Source: an uncultured Nitrospirota bacterium (GTDB lineage Bacteria > Nitrospirota > Nitrospiria > SBBL01 > SBBT01). From it: DNA of 59,746 nucleotides. Shown piece after piece: positions 57,177 to 59,746 of this stretch (within the stretch, counting starts at the first letter, position 1; each line of letters begins with the position of its first letter). The position numbers and the translations under genes are program-made. The stretch lies in assembly GCA_964373895.1 (NCBI GenBank), contig CAYJWQ010000002.1:8659-68404 (forward strand), given 5' to 3'. The notes under the pieces were generated by a model. That model did not search any database. It saw only the letters and a program-made list of their open reading frames with translations, and was not told the DNA's origin.

Positions 57177-58871
57177 ATGTTGAGAGAAATCCATATTAAA
57201 GACTATGCCATTATTGATGAGATGACACTCCCATTTTCAGAGGGCTTTCATATCATTACCGGAGAAACGGGCGCGGGAAAGTCGATTCTGGTTGACGCCC
57301 TCTCTATTATCTTTGGAGGAAAATCTTCCCAGGATGAAATCCGCCATGGGTCGGAAGAGGCGGTTTTAGAGGCCCGTTTTGATCCTACCGCACATTCCCA
57401 CGGTGGATTGCCCTTAGACGATCCCTCTGTGGATACCCTCATCCTAAAGAGGGTTCTTTCCCGGTCTGGTAAAAATCGGGCATACTTAAATGGCGCGTTG
57501 GCCAATCTTTCCGCCTTGAAAGAAATAGGAAGAAATTTTGCCGAGATCCATGGTCAACATGAGCATCATAATCTAATTGACCTCGATTGGCAGCGAAATC
57601 TGCTGGATGCCTTTGGCCAGTTGGTGAGTGAGCGGTCTCGATTCGACGCGAATTATCGGATTTGGCGCCAACTGTTGAGAGAGCGGAGCGATTTAGAGAG
57701 GCTTGCATCGGAGCGCAAACGCCAGGAGGAATTGCTGCAATATCAGTTATCAGAGATATCCGATGCCAGGCTCCATCCGGGAGAAGATGAGGCGTTGGAG
57801 CAGGAAGAGCGGATTTTAAAAAACTGGGAAATCGTTGTGTCGATGGCGCAAAAAGGGTATGCCATTTTGTCGGAGGAAGAGGGGGCGATTTTAAGCCGAC
57901 TGGATGAAGTGGGCGGTTTTATTGAAAATATAGATGAGGCGACGGCCGATGCGGGGCAGGAAAAAGAGCTCTGGGAGACATCAAAGGTTCATCTTAAGGA
58001 ATTGGCCGCCCTATTAAGAAAACGTTTGCATGGCGTGGACTGTGATCCAAATCGCCTTCAGGCAGTGGAGGAGCGTCTATTTGTGATTCGAATCTTAAAA
58101 AAGAAGTATGGATCGTCGATTGAGGCCATTTTAAGTTATAGAAAAAAATTAGAGGCCGACCTTGCGCGCATTTCCGAAGATGATACCCGCCTTCGGGAAA
58201 TAAAATTTCAATTTGATCAAACAGGAATAAAATGCCAAGAAGAGGCGGAAGCCCTTTCCAAAAAGAGAGAGGAGATAAAAGCGAGGCTGGAGCGAAGGGT
58301 GAAGGAAGAGCTCGATCTCCTCGGAATGGAAAAGACCCATTTTGAAATCGCCTTGGTTAAAAAACCCCTTTCAGAAAACGGCATTGATCAAGTCGAATTT
58401 ATGGTTGCGTTGCCGGGTGAGAAGCCAAAAGGTCTGATCCTGATTGCATCAGGAGGGGAATTGTCTCGGATGATGCTGGCGCTGAAGGTGGTGTTAGCGG
58501 AAGTGGATCCTGTCCCGACGCTGGTTTTTGACGAAATTGACGCAGGAATTGGCGGGGGAATTTCTGAAATGGTTGGAAAACGGTTATTGAAACTATCCAA
58601 AAATCATCAAGTGTTTTGTATTACCCACCTGCCGCAAATTGCCTGCTTTGCAGACCATCATTATTTTGTAGAGAAGATGTATACAGAGGGAAGAACCTCT
58701 GCCTCTGTCAGAGAATTGACTAAAGAAGAGAGGGTACAAGAGCTTGCCAGGATGCTTGGCGGTGTTACCATTACCCCCATTACCTTACGCCATGCTGAAG
58801 AGATGATCGAAACGGGTAAGGGTGCGCTCTTAAAACGTCCTACTGGAAGATATAAGTCATCCCAGAATTAA
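57177..58871 (+). CDS. recN: DNA repair protein RecN
   Basis: N-terminal Walker A (ITGETGAGKSILVDAL), a long coiled coil and the C-terminal signature ASGGELSRMMLAL...VFDEIDAGIGG. Confidence 0.95.
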   Translation: MLREIHIKDYAIIDEMTLPFSEGFHIITGETGAGKSILVDALSIIFGGKSSQDEIRHGSEEAVLEARFDPTAHSHGGLPLDDPSVDTLILKRVLSRSGKNRAYLNGALANLSALKEIGRNFAEIHGQHEHHNLIDLDWQRNLLDAFGQLVSERSRFDANYRIWRQLLRERSDLERLASERKRQEELLQYQLSEISDARLHPGEDEALEQEERILKNWEIVVSMAQKGYAILSEEEGAILSRLDEVGGFIENIDEATADAGQEKELWETSKVHLKELAALLRKRLHGVDCDPNRLQAVEERLFVIRILKKKYGSSIEAILSYRKKLEADLARISEDDTRLREIKFQFDQTGIKCQEEAEALSKKREEIKARLERRVKEELDLLGMEKTHFEIALVKKPLSENGIDQVEFMVALPGEKPKGLILIASGGELSRMMLALKVVLAEVDPVPTLVFDEIDAGIGGGISEMVGKRLLKLSKNHQVFCITHLPQIACFADHHYFVEKMYTEGRTSASVRELTKEERVQELARMLGGVTITPITLRHAEEMIETGKGALLKRPTGRYKSSQN

Positions 58872-59619
58872 TGGTGTAGTCGGGTTGATTGTGGTTCAAT
58901 CCAAATCCAACGGATAGATCAAAGGTGATATCTTTTTCTGCCTGATAGGCAGCGCCTCCCGCCACGCTCCAGAGACCTCTGGTAGCAGCGTTTCCTGTTT
59001 CCTTCCTGCCAAACGTTTCTAAAAAGAGTGTTAGAAATTCTTCCCTGGTCGTAAAATCCATCCCCAGGGCATAGGACAGCATATCCCCTCTTGTCTTTTG
59101 ATCTTTAGGCGAGTTTCCGATGAGGGCATACCCAAGGTTAATATGGGCGATGAGCGGGATGAATTCCTTGCTTGCGATGGCCAGGACGCCGACATCAGCC
59201 TCGCCGCTGGTGTTGAAGGTGGCGTCAAACCCGGCGGTCGGAAGCTTTATAAAGAGTTGACCTGATACGGAAAGGGGATTGGCCACTCTCCCTTTTAAAA
59301 AGCGGATTTTACTTTTTAAGAAAAGATCTCCAATATTATTTTTGTGATCGCTATCTTCCTCGCCAAACAGATAAGAGGCCGAGACTCTCAATTCCAGGTT
59401 TTGACTATGCCCATATCTAAGTTCTGGAGTGAGGGTCGTCTGGTTTTTCCGGGACGAATAGTGATCGATGGCGATGCCGGTGTCGAGGCGATAGCGTCCC
59501 CGCTCAAGCGGAATCGCCCTTTCTGTTGCGAGAAAGGGTCGCTCTGCCCATGAAGATTCCACTGGAACTACCATGACCAGAAGGAGGACAAAGAAGAAAA
59601 AAGGCCTACATCTATTCAT
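58840..59619 (-). CDS. putative outer-membrane beta-barrel protein (resembles the MetA-pathway/transporter-like OMP family); start ATG 59619 or GTG 59625
   Basis: Signal peptide, alternating beta-strand pattern and a C-terminal aromatic residue (..MTYIFQ). The family call is tentative. The 3' end overlaps recN by 32 nt. Confidence 0.6.
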   Translation of the reverse strand: MNRCRPFFFFVLLLVMVVPVESSWAERPFLATERAIPLERGRYRLDTGIAIDHYSSRKNQTTLTPELRYGHSQNLELRVSASYLFGEEDSDHKNNIGDLFLKSKIRFLKGRVANPLSVSGQLFIKLPTAGFDATFNTSGEADVGVLAIASKEFIPLIAHINLGYALIGNSPKDQKTRGDMLSYALGMDFTTREEFLTLFLETFGRKETGNAATRGLWSVAGGAAYQAEKDITFDLSVGFGLNHNQPDYTINSGMTYIFQ

Positions 59620-59631
59620 CACCACGGCGCG

Positions 59632-59660
59632 ATTCTACATATCCCTCATTGCTATGTCAA
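59632..59660 (-). promoter_or_regulatory. candidate sigma70 promoter TTGACA-N17-TAGAAT for the OMP gene (would give a near-leaderless mRNA)
   Basis: Motif reading on the minus strand: ttgacatagcaatgagggatatgtagaat. Confidence 0.3.
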
Positions 59661-59672
59661 GGGAATGATTGC

Positions 59673-59746
59673 GTCCAGGAACAGCGATAGAGAACATCTA
59701 ATTGTTCACTCTCCCTTGATGGGAGAGGGTTAGGGAGAGGGTGAAA
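59673..59746 (-). repeat. dispersed repeat D, copy 2 (truncated by the window end)
   Basis: The reverse complement tttcaccctctccctaaccctctcccatcaagggagagtgaacaattagatgttctctatcgctgttcctggac aligns with 17929-17990. It contains the perfect hairpin ctctccc atcaa gggagag. Confidence 0.8.

Overview
This window is mostly core chromosome from a diderm bacterium. It carries LptD/LptF/LptG, a type IV pilus module, GroES/GroEL and ribosomal-protein operons. By eye it looks Nitrospirota- or delta-like, but I cannot assign taxonomy from sequence alone. I support about 60 protein-coding genes and 3 tRNAs (Gln-UUG, Lys-UUU, Phe-GAA).

The gene blocks, in order:
- uvrA
- a cytochrome c gene with a collapsed ABC ATPase/permease ORF
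- a DegP/HtrA protease
- PIN/TRAM-ispD-ispF-cysE-mutY
- a multi-GAF histidine kinase
- fmdB-aspC-coaD-rsmD on the minus strand
- pilT-pilC-pilS-pilR
- ispE-tRNA-Gln-prs-ctc-pth-ychF
- rpsF-ssb-rpsR
- PilZ, an SNase-like nuclease, GAF-GAF-ANTAR and orn
- folC-lptD
- an M14 peptidase
- a FecR-like protein, a sensor kinase and an RR-GAF-GGDEF protein
- a second HtrA
- lptG-lptF
- ffh-rpsP-KH-trmD-rplS-rnhB-yraN
- ftsE-ftsX-envC-ctpA
- groES-groEL-trxA-recN
- an outer-membrane beta-barrel gene

I saw no CRISPR array, transposase, integrase, prophage or recognisable defence island. I did not find a convincing novel protein-coding system.

The signals worth a second look are mostly non-coding:
1. 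A structured element with terminal inverted repeats has two full copies (156 and 171 bp) and one roughly 93-bp degenerate copy. Every copy sits 14-23 nt upstream of a start codon, in the same orientation as that gene.
2. A possibly related 153-bp multi-hairpin element lies between pth and ychF.
3. A second repeat family lies just upstream of TTGACA-type promoters of pilT and the outer-membrane gene.
4. C-tract/G-tract hairpin repeats occur at two loci.

On the protein side, the main oddities are:
- An intact ORF looks like a ybbA-ybbP-type ABC ATPase plus permease joined by two in-frame deletions.
- The pilus cluster lacks pilB and pilA.
- rimM is missing from its usual operon.
- Several c-di-GMP and RNA-related genes are clustered.

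All coordinates and alignments were worked out by eye and should be recomputed.
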